In this document: positions 31,641 through 41,895 of the stretch, piece after piece
How the letters are laid out: the number at the start of each line of letters is the position of its first letter
Position numbering within the stretch: position 1 is the first letter of the stretch
Origin: an uncultured Pseudobdellovibrionaceae bacterium
Lineage (GTDB): Bacteria > Bdellovibrionota > Bdellovibrionia > Bdellovibrionales > UBA1609
NCBI GenBank assembly: GCA_963803705.1
Contig: CAWDNU010000004.1
Span: forward strand, 96,001 to 160,000
DNA length: 64,000 nt
Direction of reading: 5' to 3'
Made by a program: the position numbers and the translations under genes
Notes under the pieces: generated by a model
Told to the model about the DNA's origin: nothing
The model's database searches: none
What the model saw: only the letters and a program-made list of their open reading frames with translations

Positions 31641-34178
31641 ATGGACACACAAGTAACTAGGTCGGAAGATAAAACTATCGACAATATTAAAGAGAAGACT
31701 GCGAATAAAAACTTAACTCAAGACGAAATGAAGACCAAAACTATGAACGAAACAACACTTACAGATCAGAATCGAGCGTCCACAATTAATCCCGGTCAAG
31801 AGGCCTCTCCAACCTTAGAACAGCCTGTTGTTATGCGGGTGCGCAAACGAAATGGAAACTTAGTAGCAGTTGATGTAAACAAAATCGTTAATGTCGTTAT
31901 TGCGTGCTCAACAGGTTTAAGACAAGTCGACCCGATGAGAATTGCAACTAAGGCTATTAGTGGTCTTTACGACGGTGCAACCACAGAAGAATTAGATGAG
32001 CTATGTATTCAGACTGCATCGATGTTGATATCAGAAGATCCAGAATATTCAAAATTAGCTTCAAGACTTCTTAATAGGTATATCCAAGAGGAAGTTGCTT
32101 TACAGAATATTAGAAACTTTTCTGACTCAGTTAAAATCGGGTTTGAGCAAGGTCTTATTTCTGAAGAGAAATACAACTTTATCATCGAAAATAAAGAGGC
32201 CTTAAACTTAATTGTTGCTCCACAAAGAAACGATCTATTTGAATATTTTGGCTTACGAACTGTCTACGATAGATATTTGTTAAAGCATCCCGAAAGCCGT
32301 CACGTTGTCGAAACTCCTCAATATTTTTTCTTACGTGTGGCCTGCGGTCTAGCTAATGACTTTCAAGAAGCTAGAGAGATGTACGAGCTAATTTCTAGGT
32401 TAGACTATATGCCTAGCTCCCCGACCCTCTTTAATTCAGCGACATTAAGACCTCAACTTTCTTCATGCTACCTTTTAGATAGCCCGGAAGACGGCTTGTC
32501 TGAAATATACGACAAATATAAAGATATCGCTCTTCTATCTAAGTTTGCTGGCGGCATTGGTGTTTCTTTCAGCCGTGTTCGCTCGCGAGGATCTTTAATT
32601 AAAGGAACAAATGGAAAGTCAAACGGCTTGATCCCTTGGTTAAAGACTTTGGACTCTTCAGTGTCTGCTGTGAACCAAGGTGGACGAAGAAAGGGTGCAG
32701 CTTGTGTTTATTTAGAGTCTTGGCACGCCGACATCGAATCCTTTTTAGAGCTAAGAGACAATACCGGGGACGAAGCGCAAAGAGCACACAATATAAATTT
32801 AGCCAACTGGATACCAGACTTATTCATGGAAAGAGTGAAAACAGATTCGATGTGGTCTTTATTTGATCCCAAAGTTATGCCCGAGCTTAACGATACTTTC
32901 GGTGATCGCTTTAATGAAATATACTTGAAAGCAGAATTAGAAGAGCGCTTTGTGAAACAAGTTAAAGCCCGAGATCTATATACAAGGATGATGAAAACTT
33001 TAGCTCAAACCGGAAATGGTTGGATGACATTTAAAGATGCCAGCAACTTGAAATGTAATCAAACTGGCAAAGAGGGCAACGTTGTCCATTTATCTAACCT
33101 GTGTACTGAAATTCTAGAGGTAACATCTAAAGAGCAAACAGCTGTTTGTAACTTAGGCTCTGTGAATTTAGGTCAACACGTTGTTGACGGGGAATTTGAT
33201 TTTCAGAAACTATCAGAGACAGTTCTAACCGCAGTTAAATTTCTAGATCGTGTGATTGACATCAACTTTTATCCTATCGAATCCGCGAAATATTCCAACA
33301 ATCTATGGCGCCCAGTTGGTTTAGGTGTGATGGGGCTGCAAGATACTTTTTTTAGATTAGGTCTGAATTTTGACAGTTCTGAAGCCTTAGCCCTTTCTAA
33401 CAAAATCCAAGAAGAGATTTATTACAATGCCCTTCGTGCTTCTGTGGATTTAGCTAAAAGAGACGGTGCTCACAAACACTTTCCTCAAACTAGGGCTGCA
33501 AGCGGTGACCTGCAGTTTGATTTATGGAATATAAAGCCTGAGAATATGAAACGCTGGGATGAACTGAAAGTAAAAATTAAAGAGCACGGTTTAAGAAACT
33601 CTTTGATGATCGCCATCGCCCCAACTGCCACAATTGCTTCTATAACAGGTGTCTATGAAGCTATCGAGCCACAAGTTTCAAATTACTTTAAACGCGAAAC
33701 CTTGTCTGGTGAGTTTATTCAAATTAACAAATATTTAGTTGTAGAATTAAAAAAGATCGGACTTTGGACGGAAAGAGTAAAGCAGAAAATCAAAGAGTCT
33801 GAGGGTTCGATACAAGGTATAGCGGAAATTCCAGAGCGAATCCGTATGATTTACAGAACAGCTTGGGAGGTCCCAATGAAATCCTTAATTGATTTGGCAG
33901 CAGGACGAGGCCCTTTTATCGATCAATCCCAGTCTTTAAATTTATTTATGGAAAGTCCAACTATTGGGAAGCTGTCAAGTATGTATTTTTATGCTTGGGA
34001 GAGTGGAATTAAGACAACTTATTATTTAAGGTCCCGCCCAGCCACTAAAATCGCCAAGATCACCGCCGGCAGTAGCCACCTTGATGACGAAGAGATTGCT
34101 ACAACTAAAACATTTACCGAAAAAGAGGCTCTAGCCTGTTCTTTAGAAAATCCAGAAATTTGTGATGCCTGTCAGTAA
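31641..34178 (+). CDS. nrdA: Class I ribonucleotide reductase alpha subunit with ATP cone
   Basis: VRKRNG ATP cone, PSSPTLFN, QLSSCYL, SNLCTEI, APTATIA, KTTYYLR, C-terminal CDACQ; RBS ggagggg before ATG 31641. Confidence 0.95.
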   Translation: MDTQVTRSEDKTIDNIKEKTANKNLTQDEMKTKTMNETTLTDQNRASTINPGQEASPTLEQPVVMRVRKRNGNLVAVDVNKIVNVVIACSTGLRQVDPMRIATKAISGLYDGATTEELDELCIQTASMLISEDPEYSKLASRLLNRYIQEEVALQNIRNFSDSVKIGFEQGLISEEKYNFIIENKEALNLIVAPQRNDLFEYFGLRTVYDRYLLKHPESRHVVETPQYFFLRVACGLANDFQEAREMYELISRLDYMPSSPTLFNSATLRPQLSSCYLLDSPEDGLSEIYDKYKDIALLSKFAGGIGVSFSRVRSRGSLIKGTNGKSNGLIPWLKTLDSSVSAVNQGGRRKGAACVYLESWHADIESFLELRDNTGDEAQRAHNINLANWIPDLFMERVKTDSMWSLFDPKVMPELNDTFGDRFNEIYLKAELEERFVKQVKARDLYTRMMKTLAQTGNGWMTFKDASNLKCNQTGKEGNVVHLSNLCTEILEVTSKEQTAVCNLGSVNLGQHVVDGEFDFQKLSETVLTAVKFLDRVIDINFYPIESAKYSNNLWRPVGLGVMGLQDTFFRLGLNFDSSEALALSNKIQEEIYYNALRASVDLAKRDGAHKHFPQTRAASGDLQFDLWNIKPENMKRWDELKVKIKEHGLRNSLMIAIAPTATIASITGVYEAIEPQVSNYFKRETLSGEFIQINKYLVVELKKIGLWTERVKQKIKESEGSIQGIAEIPERIRMIYRTAWEVPMKSLIDLAAGRGPFIDQSQSLNLFMESPTIGKLSSMYFYAWESGIKTTYYLRSRPATKIAKITAGSSHLDDEEIATTKTFTEKEALACSLENPEICDACQ

Positions 34179-34226
34179 GCAGCCAGAAGATTTAACGAAC
34201 AAGACCAACTAGAAGGAGATTACAAC

Positions 34227-35225
34227 ATGTTACTAGATCCAGGATTTGATCTTACACTTCGACCTATGAAATACCCTGTGTTTTTTGAAATGTATAAAAA
34301 TGCAATTAAAAATACTTGGACCGTAGATGAGGTCGATTTTACAAATGATATTAAAGATTTAAAAGAGAAAGTAACCAAGAGCGAACAGTTTTTGATTCAA
34401 AGATTAGTGGCTTTTTTTGCCACTGGCGACTCAATAGTAAGCAACAATTTAGTCTTAAATCTATATAAGCATATTAATTCACCTGAAGCTCGTTTGTATT
34501 TGTCTAGACAGCTTTATGAAGAGGCATTACATGTTCAATTTTATTTAACTCTTCTAGACACCTACATTCCAGACCATAAAGAACGTGAACAGGCTTTTTC
34601 TGCGATCCAGAATATTCCATCTATAAAAACTAAAGGTGATTTTTGCTTTAAATGGATGGATTCAATCAATAAAATTGATGAGATAAAAACTACTGAGGAT
34701 AGAAGAAAGTTTTTATTAAATATGATTTGTTTTGCAACTTGCATTGAAGGTTTATTCTTTTTTGCAGCGTTTGCATATGTGTATTTCTTAAGATCGAAAG
34801 GTTTACTAAACGGTCTTGCCTCTGGAACGAACTGGGTATTTAGGGATGAAAGTGCACACATGGAATTTGCCATGGAAGCCATTAGGATTGCTCGGGCTGA
34901 AGATCCTGAACTGATGGATGACCAGATGAAAAGCATGGTTGTAGAAATGTTAAAAGAAGCTATCGAATGTGAAATGCAGTTTGCTGAAGATGCATTGGGC
35001 CTGGGAATTGCCGGTCTATCTGCAAAGGACATGAGGACCTATTTAGAATTTATTGCCGATCAACGCTTAGGAATGTTAAGTTTACCTAAAGTGTTTGGTT
35101 CTAAAAATCCATTTCCGTTTATGGATTTACAGGATACCCAAGAGCTTGCGAACTTCTTCGAACGTCGAGTATCAGCTTACCAAGTTGGCGTCACCGGCGA
35201 AGTTAGCTTCGATGAAGCTTTCTAA
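34227..35225 (+). CDS. nrdB: Class Ia ribonucleotide reductase beta subunit
   Basis: FFATGDSIV, EEALHVQFY (radical Tyr present), IEGLFF, RDESAH, NFFERRVSAY. Confidence 0.95.
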   Translation: MLLDPGFDLTLRPMKYPVFFEMYKNAIKNTWTVDEVDFTNDIKDLKEKVTKSEQFLIQRLVAFFATGDSIVSNNLVLNLYKHINSPEARLYLSRQLYEEALHVQFYLTLLDTYIPDHKEREQAFSAIQNIPSIKTKGDFCFKWMDSINKIDEIKTTEDRRKFLLNMICFATCIEGLFFFAAFAYVYFLRSKGLLNGLASGTNWVFRDESAHMEFAMEAIRIARAEDPELMDDQMKSMVVEMLKEAIECEMQFAEDALGLGIAGLSAKDMRTYLEFIADQRLGMLSLPKVFGSKNPFPFMDLQDTQELANFFERRVSAYQVGVTGEVSFDEAF

Positions 35226-35232
35226 ATAGTTT

Positions 35233-35267
35233 ATAAAAAGGCGTTACCTGCGGTAATGCCTTTTTAT
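35233..35267. terminator. Bidirectional intrinsic terminator after nrdB
   Basis: ataaaaaggcgttacc-tgc-ggtaatgcctttttat. Confidence 0.85.
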
Positions 35268-35337
35268 CTCTACCCCTCTTAATTACGTACTCTTAGTTTT
35301 TACTATAAGATTTCAAATTAATACTTTCTGATTTTAA

Positions 35338-36126
35338 CTAAAATTTTCGTTTGGATGGAAGGCGTTCTTGCAAGCCTTTATTAGCGTTAATTTTTTGTGG
35401 AACTCTTAGCCTTTGCGGTTGCCCTGCTTTAAAATCTTTATTCAACCAAACTATTCTTATGTTTTCTGGCACAATAAAGCTGTTCTGAGTCTTAATATTC
35501 ATTAAAGTTTTAAAGTGGCGACTTTCAGTTAAAGGGTTTAGATCCGTAACCTCTACTTTTTCAACAACAAAATCATATCCATATTGGTTCAATGCTTCGG
35601 TCACATCAGAAAAAACGCCTTTCACTTGAACCACTTTCTTTATAAATTTAGATGGAAACTTTGCAAATTTTTTGTCCTTTATACCAGACCGTTTAGACCG
35701 CGAATATCTGTTCCATAATTTAGACTGACTCATCATTTTGGCTAGTCTCATCTCTGCTTGAGGGTCATCTTTTGTCGTAACTCGTGCGTATTTAATTTTT
35801 AGATTGCAAGAATCACTTAAGGTTCTAGCCATTGCCTTCAGCATAGGTTTGATAAACTTTCTATTTAAAGATTCGCAAACCTGTCTATGAGTTAAAATGC
35901 CAGAGGTCACTGTCCAATCAGCACGGCACCCTTCCATTTCGCCTTGAACATTGCACATAAGGGGGTCTGTTTTTCCAGAGTAGACAGAAAAAGTCGGGCT
36001 AGCGGGCTTTATCTTAGCAACTTCAGTAGTTTGACAAGATATCGAATTAAATAGAAAAAGGACAGTTAGGCATAGCCAACCCGTGCTATTAAAAAGACTA
36101 AAATTTAGATCTAGAATTGATTTCAT
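35338..36126 (-). CDS. Hypothetical lipoprotein
   Basis: Hydrophobic N-terminus ending SISC; RBS aggag. Confidence 0.65.
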   Translation of the reverse strand: MKSILDLNFSLFNSTGWLCLTVLFLFNSISCQTTEVAKIKPASPTFSVYSGKTDPLMCNVQGEMEGCRADWTVTSGILTHRQVCESLNRKFIKPMLKAMARTLSDSCNLKIKYARVTTKDDPQAEMRLAKMMSQSKLWNRYSRSKRSGIKDKKFAKFPSKFIKKVVQVKGVFSDVTEALNQYGYDFVVEKVEVTDLNPLTESRHFKTLMNIKTQNSFIVPENIRIVWLNKDFKAGQPQRLRVPQKINANKGLQERLPSKRKF

Positions 36127-36267
36127 TTTAAGAACTCCTGAAGATAGAATAGACTGAAACTTAACTTACATAAGTTTAAGAGAATCCCTGAGATAGGCTA
36201 CGATTAACTCACCATGGCATAGTGAGCCTTTGTCCTATAGAATATATTACATCCATTACACTCTATT

Positions 36268-37104
36268 GTGTATAAGTTAAAAATGAAAATCAAAAAATTT
36301 TTACTGGCATTAAAAGGAGAGCTTGAAGCAGATCAGACATTCACAGGGGCGGCAGCTCTTTCGTACTATCTACTTTTAGCGACTTTTCCTGCAGCTATTG
36401 CGCTACTTTCGATAATTTCTTTTCTTCCCATTGAAAACGTCGAAAAAATTTTTATTGAGCTTGTGCGGTCAAATATGCCAGGCAGCTCCGGCGAAATTAT
36501 TGCTACTAATCTTAAACAAATTATAACCAAGAAGTCCACGGGGATGTTATCTTTTGGATTTCTAGCAGCTTTTTGGGCGGCCTCTAGTGGAATGGCCGCT
36601 ATCATCCAACAGTTAAATGTGTCTTATGATATTAAAGAAAATGAATCTTTTTTGATAGTGAGATTAAGATCTTTATTTCTCATTATTACGTACATCATAC
36701 TCATCGGCTTAAGCACCTTTGCTGCATTTCGAGGTACAGACGTAATAAATAGTTATTTCCCCCCATTTAATAGCTTGCAAATATATCTGGTCACTTCAAT
36801 TAACTACTTTTTTTCGTTTTTAATTACGCTTTTAGCTTTGGCCATTCTTTATTTTGTTGGCCCCAAAGGAGAAAGAGAGTTTGAGTATATAACTCCTGGA
36901 AGCATAGCTGGAGCCTTTCTATTAATTCTTGCAACTATCTGTTTTGATTTTTATGTTTCAAACTTCGGGAATTACCAATCTACTTATGGCAGTCTGGGCG
37001 GGATTATCGCCTATATGCTGTGGCTTTACATTGCTGGATTTATTATCTTGTTTGGCGCTCAAATTAATTCGCTGTACAAAAAATTTAATCATCAAGCAGT
37101 TTAG
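36268..37104 (+). CDS. YihY/virulence factor BrkB family membrane protein
   Basis: AAALSYYLLLATFP, LNVSYDIKE, YQSTYGSLGGII.MLWLY. Confidence 0.92.
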   Translation: MYKLKMKIKKFLLALKGELEADQTFTGAAALSYYLLLATFPAAIALLSIISFLPIENVEKIFIELVRSNMPGSSGEIIATNLKQIITKKSTGMLSFGFLAAFWAASSGMAAIIQQLNVSYDIKENESFLIVRLRSLFLIITYIILIGLSTFAAFRGTDVINSYFPPFNSLQIYLVTSINYFFSFLITLLALAILYFVGPKGEREFEYITPGSIAGAFLLILATICFDFYVSNFGNYQSTYGSLGGIIAYMLWLYIAGFIILFGAQINSLYKKFNHQAV

Positions 37105-37184
37105 GATTTAAAGGCTGTGAGTTAATCAAAACTACTCACTGCCATCTATGACTTACCAGCGTCATTGTGTGATACAGTTTTAAT

Positions 37185-38639
37185 TTACCAATATACAGAA
37201 CTTGGGTCGTAAAGCTCTATATCTAGCCGTTGTTCTAAACTAAGATCGTCGACAAGGTCATTAACTCCCTTTCTTTTTTTTAGTGCGGCAGATGTTTTAG
37301 TTGGCACCCAGCCATAAATCTGATTTTCTCGCCAAGCTTTTTTGCTGCGGCCAAATCCCCACTGAATTCCCAAATAAGTTGCAGGGTCTCGACCGTCTAA
37401 ACTTAAGCGATCGTTCATATAGATGGCAAAGCTCCAAGCATCTTCGGGGGATTGGGTCCACTTTAAAAATTGCTTCACCCAATACATTCTAAAATTATTA
37501 TGCATCCATCCATGATTTAAAAATTGAATTTGAGCTGCGTTCCAAATTGGATCTTCGGTTTCGGCAAATAAGAGCTGGTCTAATCTATATACATTTAAAC
37601 GAGGATCCGCTCGATGCTCATCAAGTGTATTATAGGCCCATACAGGTATAGACTTTATATCGGTTGGAGAAAGCTCAGAATTTGCTATCTGGTGAAATGC
37701 AAATTCACGCCACACTAAAAGTTCATCTTTGAATTTCCACGATGCAGAAGCAGAAATTTCAGCCTTATCAATAGCCCTGACTATTTCATGAGGCGAGATG
37801 ATGCCATAATGAATGTAGGGCGATAGCCCCGAGGTCGATTCACTTAGTGCCGGATTATTTCGAATCCATTTGTAGGGCTTCACAATTTTATCAACCGCTC
37901 GCTCTAACAGTTTCAACCCAGCTTCTCGACGTCCATTCCAATCATTCAGCTCAGGTAGAGAGTGATCAACCATGCAGTTCTCCACAATTTTAGAAATAGA
38001 TGAGCCTTTAGCGATTAAGGTGCTGTTAGTTTTATTGTTGATATGATCTGTCTTAGTCACCTTATTTTTGATTTTAGAATCAAACTTCAGCTCAAGATAT
38101 CGTGGCCGAAGATCCCGATGTGCGGCTCTAAATTGCGGTGTGGTTAAAATATTAGAATCGATTGCTGTTGTCGGTACTAAGCATAAGGTTTGAACTAGAG
38201 TCATTTTTACGCGGCATGGAAGAAGAAAGTTATCCTCTATAATTTTAGCCCAATTTAAAGGAATAGTATCTGCGTAAACCGAACAGGCATTAGCCTCAAG
38301 TATAAAAGCCAATCGCTCTAAATCCGATTCACTATTTGCCACAAATCTAATAAACCCTAAGCCCATAGATACTGCATTATCTTCAAGTGATTTAGAAGCC
38401 TCAAAAATAAATGTGTGGAATCTCGCAGAAGGAAACGGATAAAAATTAGAGATCAAGTGAACTAAAATTAATTTTTTACCCAACTTATTTGCCTCTAAAA
38501 TCCCCAACTCGATGGCGGCATTATCATTAGTGCGAAGAGTATGTTGAAGTATCACATATATATAATCTCGACTTGGTCGAACTCGGTGGTTATTTTTGGT
38601 TCCGACCATATCTCGCAGCCTGACTGACGTCATATTCAA
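37185..38639 (-). CDS. Class II CPD photolyase
   Basis: SGLSPYIHYG, ELLVWRE, WNAAQ, MHNNFRMYW, NDRLSLDGRDP. Confidence 0.88.
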   Translation of the reverse strand: MNMTSVRLRDMVGTKNNHRVRPSRDYIYVILQHTLRTNDNAAIELGILEANKLGKKLILVHLISNFYPFPSARFHTFIFEASKSLEDNAVSMGLGFIRFVANSESDLERLAFILEANACSVYADTIPLNWAKIIEDNFLLPCRVKMTLVQTLCLVPTTAIDSNILTTPQFRAAHRDLRPRYLELKFDSKIKNKVTKTDHINNKTNSTLIAKGSSISKIVENCMVDHSLPELNDWNGRREAGLKLLERAVDKIVKPYKWIRNNPALSESTSGLSPYIHYGIISPHEIVRAIDKAEISASASWKFKDELLVWREFAFHQIANSELSPTDIKSIPVWAYNTLDEHRADPRLNVYRLDQLLFAETEDPIWNAAQIQFLNHGWMHNNFRMYWVKQFLKWTQSPEDAWSFAIYMNDRLSLDGRDPATYLGIQWGFGRSKKAWRENQIYGWVPTKTSAALKKRKGVNDLVDDLSLEQRLDIELYDPSSVYW

Positions 38640-40198
38640 GACTCCTTTTTAGCAGCTCTAGCTTTTCTTTTTGTAACCGGTCCCTTCCTGGAGCCATGTC
38701 GTTGATACACCTCTGCAGAAGCAGCTTTGCCTTCTGTCGTTGATTTTAATGAGTAATATTTAGACCTAAATTCGCTAACGGATTCTCGCCAGTCTACAAT
38801 AGGTTTGATGTATGCTCTTGTCTTTTCTGTCTGATGGTCAACGATAACTTTAGGGTCGGCTGATCGAAGTTCTGGAACCCAAGTTTTTATAAATTTAGCT
38901 TCAGGATCGTGGTCCGCAATTTGTTTGCCAGGGTTGTAAGTTCTAAGAGTATTTATTCCTGCCATTCCAGCTTGCATTTGAAGCTGTGAAATTTGAATAC
39001 CTGGTTCAAGATCGGTCCACCAGCTAGACATTGGAAAGTTAATCTTTTTCCAATCTAATCCTAAAGCATGACAGGCCACTGAAGTGATCATCGACCTCAT
39101 TCTAAAATTTAGAAATCCAGTCTGTTTAGCGCATCTGATACAGGCGTCAACCAGGGGGAAGCCAGTTTGACCAGTAAGCCAAGCCTTTAGAGTTTGAGGT
39201 GACTCGTTAAATTCTAGGTTTTCAAAAATTTTGTTCATAGGTTGGGATTCCATTTCAGGTTCAGTCTCTAGGCGCTGAATAAAGTGATCTCTCCAACTGA
39301 TACGACCTTTAAATGAGTTTAAGGATCGTCGCCAAAGCCCCGCACCGGGTTCGTCAGAGAAAAGAAGTTCATCCATTCTCCAACCTACCCTTGAAATCAA
39401 ATGTCTTGGACTTAAAGTGCCCCAAGCTAGGTGAACTGATAACCTAGAGCCAGCTACAAAGGCTGTATTTGGCGAGCTGATTCCCCCGCTGTAAGCCACC
39501 CCTCTTTCGTATAGAAAGCTTTCAAGATCCTTGAAAGCATCGGTCTCAGAAACAGATTGTACGGATGGGCTAACATTTTTGAATTTTTGAAAACCCAAAG
39601 AATCTAAGGTTAAGTTAATTACACCCAAGATCTTCAAATTTGGAACTATAGATAGGGCGTCACAATAAATAAGCTTATCAAAATCGATTGTAGCTTCCTT
39701 GTCATAAAACCAAGCCTTCCAGTATTTTGAACGGTCATCTCTATTTTGCAAACGCCTTATGACCCCTGTCTGAGGAAGCTCAGTCATTTTAGTCGAGTTC
39801 ATTTCACACCAGACCCTAACGTCGAGGTCACGCTGGAAGGTTCTTTTAAAACCTATCTCTTCATGACTGACAAGCTCTTCAATCTGATACGACTGCGATA
39901 TAATTTCGAGACCGTTAATAACTTCGTCATAGACAACAGAAAGCTTGCCGCCCCGTCTTTGTAACGACTTGTAAAGATCCCTGGCAGCTGTGATCCATGA
40001 ATGGACGTGGCGGCTAGAAGTTTCAGGTGCCTCGATCGATGATGGCTCAAAAAAGAATATTGGTAACACCTTAAGGCCTGAATCTAGGCAATGTAAAAGT
40101 GCGGGGTTGTCATGCAGTCTAAAGTCTTTTTTAATCCACCAGATAACAACTTTTTCTTTCATGACTTCAATTCCTATTTTAAAATCACAATCTGTCAT
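38636..40198 (-). CDS. Cryptochrome/DNA photolyase family protein (subclass uncertain)
   Basis: WIKKDFRLHDNPAL, SRLSVHLAWG, WRDHFIQRLE, GQTGFPLVDAC, NFRMR, QMQAG..GINTLRTYNP. Confidence 0.88.
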   Translation of the reverse strand: MTDCDFKIGIEVMKEKVVIWWIKKDFRLHDNPALLHCLDSGLKVLPIFFFEPSSIEAPETSSRHVHSWITAARDLYKSLQRRGGKLSVVYDEVINGLEIISQSYQIEELVSHEEIGFKRTFQRDLDVRVWCEMNSTKMTELPQTGVIRRLQNRDDRSKYWKAWFYDKEATIDFDKLIYCDALSIVPNLKILGVINLTLDSLGFQKFKNVSPSVQSVSETDAFKDLESFLYERGVAYSGGISSPNTAFVAGSRLSVHLAWGTLSPRHLISRVGWRMDELLFSDEPGAGLWRRSLNSFKGRISWRDHFIQRLETEPEMESQPMNKIFENLEFNESPQTLKAWLTGQTGFPLVDACIRCAKQTGFLNFRMRSMITSVACHALGLDWKKINFPMSSWWTDLEPGIQISQLQMQAGMAGINTLRTYNPGKQIADHDPEAKFIKTWVPELRSADPKVIVDHQTEKTRAYIKPIVDWRESVSEFRSKYYSLKSTTEGKAASAEVYQRHGSRKGPVTKRKARAAKKES

Positions 40199-40297
40199 TC
40201 GCTGTGTGCAAGTCGGTGGATATAATATGTCGAATTACCAAGCCGACTGTGGGGCAAGATTTATGTTGATTGCGCTCCTGATAAACTGCCCATCAGT

Positions 40298-40504
40298 TCA
40301 TAAATGCCTATTAGATATAATCCAAATTTCGTTGTGATTGTTTGAGAGAATAAAATAAGCCTCGGAACTTTCAGATACCGAATGAGCGTCCAAGACCTTA
40401 TAAGACCTATCTTCGCTAAACTCATCATCTAAAAGCAAAGGTGTTGGAGCCTTTTCACACTGGGAAACTGTAACCAATAGATCATTACTTAAATTAATAG
40501 ACAC
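40298..40504 (-). CDS. Small hypothetical protein, possibly truncated
   Basis: SESSEAYFILSNNHNEIWIISNRHL looks like a conserved motif but ends abruptly at TGA. Confidence 0.4.
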   Translation of the reverse strand: MSINLSNDLLVTVSQCEKAPTPLLLDDEFSEDRSYKVLDAHSVSESSEAYFILSNNHNEIWIISNRHL

Positions 40505-40559
40505 TAAAGATTTCCTCGTGAGCGAACTTCAGCTGGATTCAAATATTGGTTATAGTTTA

Positions 40560-40820
40560 TTATTTCTTCAGATTTTTACCTCTAACGAGCTCCAGAACAA
40601 ACAGTAATGCAATAGCTCCAATCACCGAAGCAATAAAACTTACTGCATCCCCTGTCTCGTACAGGCCTAGTGCTCCGCCAACGAAACCGGCGACTAGAGC
40701 TCCTACAATGCCCACAATCGTGGTCATAATGAAACCCATGCTATCGTCACCTGGCTTTATAGCCCGAGCAATCAAACCTGCTAAAAATCCAATTAAAATC
40801 ATCCATATAAAAGCCATCAT
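40560..40820 (-). CDS. GlsB/YeaQ/YmgE family stress-response membrane protein
   Basis: IGFLAGLIARAIKPG, GIVGALVAG, SVIGAIALL. Confidence 0.9.
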   Translation of the reverse strand: MMAFIWMILIGFLAGLIARAIKPGDDSMGFIMTTIVGIVGALVAGFVGGALGLYETGDAVSFIASVIGAIALLFVLELVRGKNLKK

Positions 40821-41305
40821 TTGAGTTCTCCTTGGTATTACGAATAAATGTCATCTTAAAGATTAGTACTAAGTCCAAGTTTAGATTATAACAGTTGAAA
40901 TTATTTAATTTAAAATGTTATCTTGTAGCTAAATCTAAACAATTTGATTTTTGTCAACTTTACCTATGTTATTTCCCATACTTTCAATTGCCAAGTAGCT
41001 TTATACCATCAATTAAATTTTCATCAGCCACGTTATATTCTTTTAGTTGGGTCGGTGCTGCCTTTGTCTGTATGTGATCTAGAGCCTATATTCTTAAAAG
41101 CAATAAAACATTATTTATTTATATAGCCGCTTCTAGTTTAAAATTAAGATCCTAAGCCGATAAATTTCAATCAGCGATCAGTGTTCAAATTGCTTGATGC
41201 GTCTAACTGGTTGCGCCCCAATAAGTCTAATTGCACAGTCTAACCTGGGTAAAATTTTTTATCCAGGTTACGTTTATCAAAAACCACAAACATAGGAGAT
41301 TACTC

Positions 41306-41773
41306 ATGGGAATATTTGATTTTGGAAAATCTGTAGGAGAGGCATTATTTGGGTCCAATGAAACTGACAATAAAGAAAGAGAGGCTAAGATTCAAACTTA
41401 CGTAAAAAGTTTAGACCTTAAAGTTGAAGATCTTGAAACAGATGTCGATGGTTCGAATGTATCAATCAAAGGCACGTGTCCTAGCCCAGCTGATAGAGAA
41501 AAGTTGATTTTAGCGGTTGGAAACGTTGAGGGAATTGAAAAGGTTGATGACAAGATAGAGGTTGAAAAAAAAGTAGAGAGCCAAAGTGAACCTACATTTT
41601 ATACTGTAAAGTCAGGTGACACTCTGTCAAAAATTTCTCAGAAGTACTATGACGACCCAGCAAAATATGACGTCATCTTTCAGGCTAATAGACCTATGCT
41701 TAAAGATCCAAACGAAATTTACCCTGGACAAGCATTAAGAATTCCAAATACTGAATCTCAAGTTAGAGCCTAA
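41306..41773 (+). CDS. kbp: BON + LysM protein (Kbp/YgaU-like)
   Basis: MGIFDFGKSVGE, EKLILAVGNVEGI, YTVKSGDTLSKIS, IYPGQALRIP; RBS aggag before ATG 41306. Confidence 0.85.
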   Translation: MGIFDFGKSVGEALFGSNETDNKEREAKIQTYVKSLDLKVEDLETDVDGSNVSIKGTCPSPADREKLILAVGNVEGIEKVDDKIEVEKKVESQSEPTFYTVKSGDTLSKISQKYYDDPAKYDVIFQANRPMLKDPNEIYPGQALRIPNTESQVRA

Positions 41774-41895
41774 GCAAGTTGAGAGATAGGCAGAACGATA
41801 ATCTTTAAGCTGGCTATCTCAATTCTTTATTCTCAATCACAGTCAGTAAATGTAATTCAGCTCTCCTAAAATTCTGGCGACAGCAAAACTAATGT

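Noticed and set aside
34227..35225. Non-canonical (class Ic/Ie) RNR beta subunit
   Set aside because: The Asp ligand, both ExxH motifs and the radical Tyr are present.
41137..41163. Sigma28-like GCCGATAA upstream of kbp, with weaker matches near 6075, 7061 and 1222
   Set aside because: The -35 elements are poor; cannot be separated from chance without genome-wide statistics.
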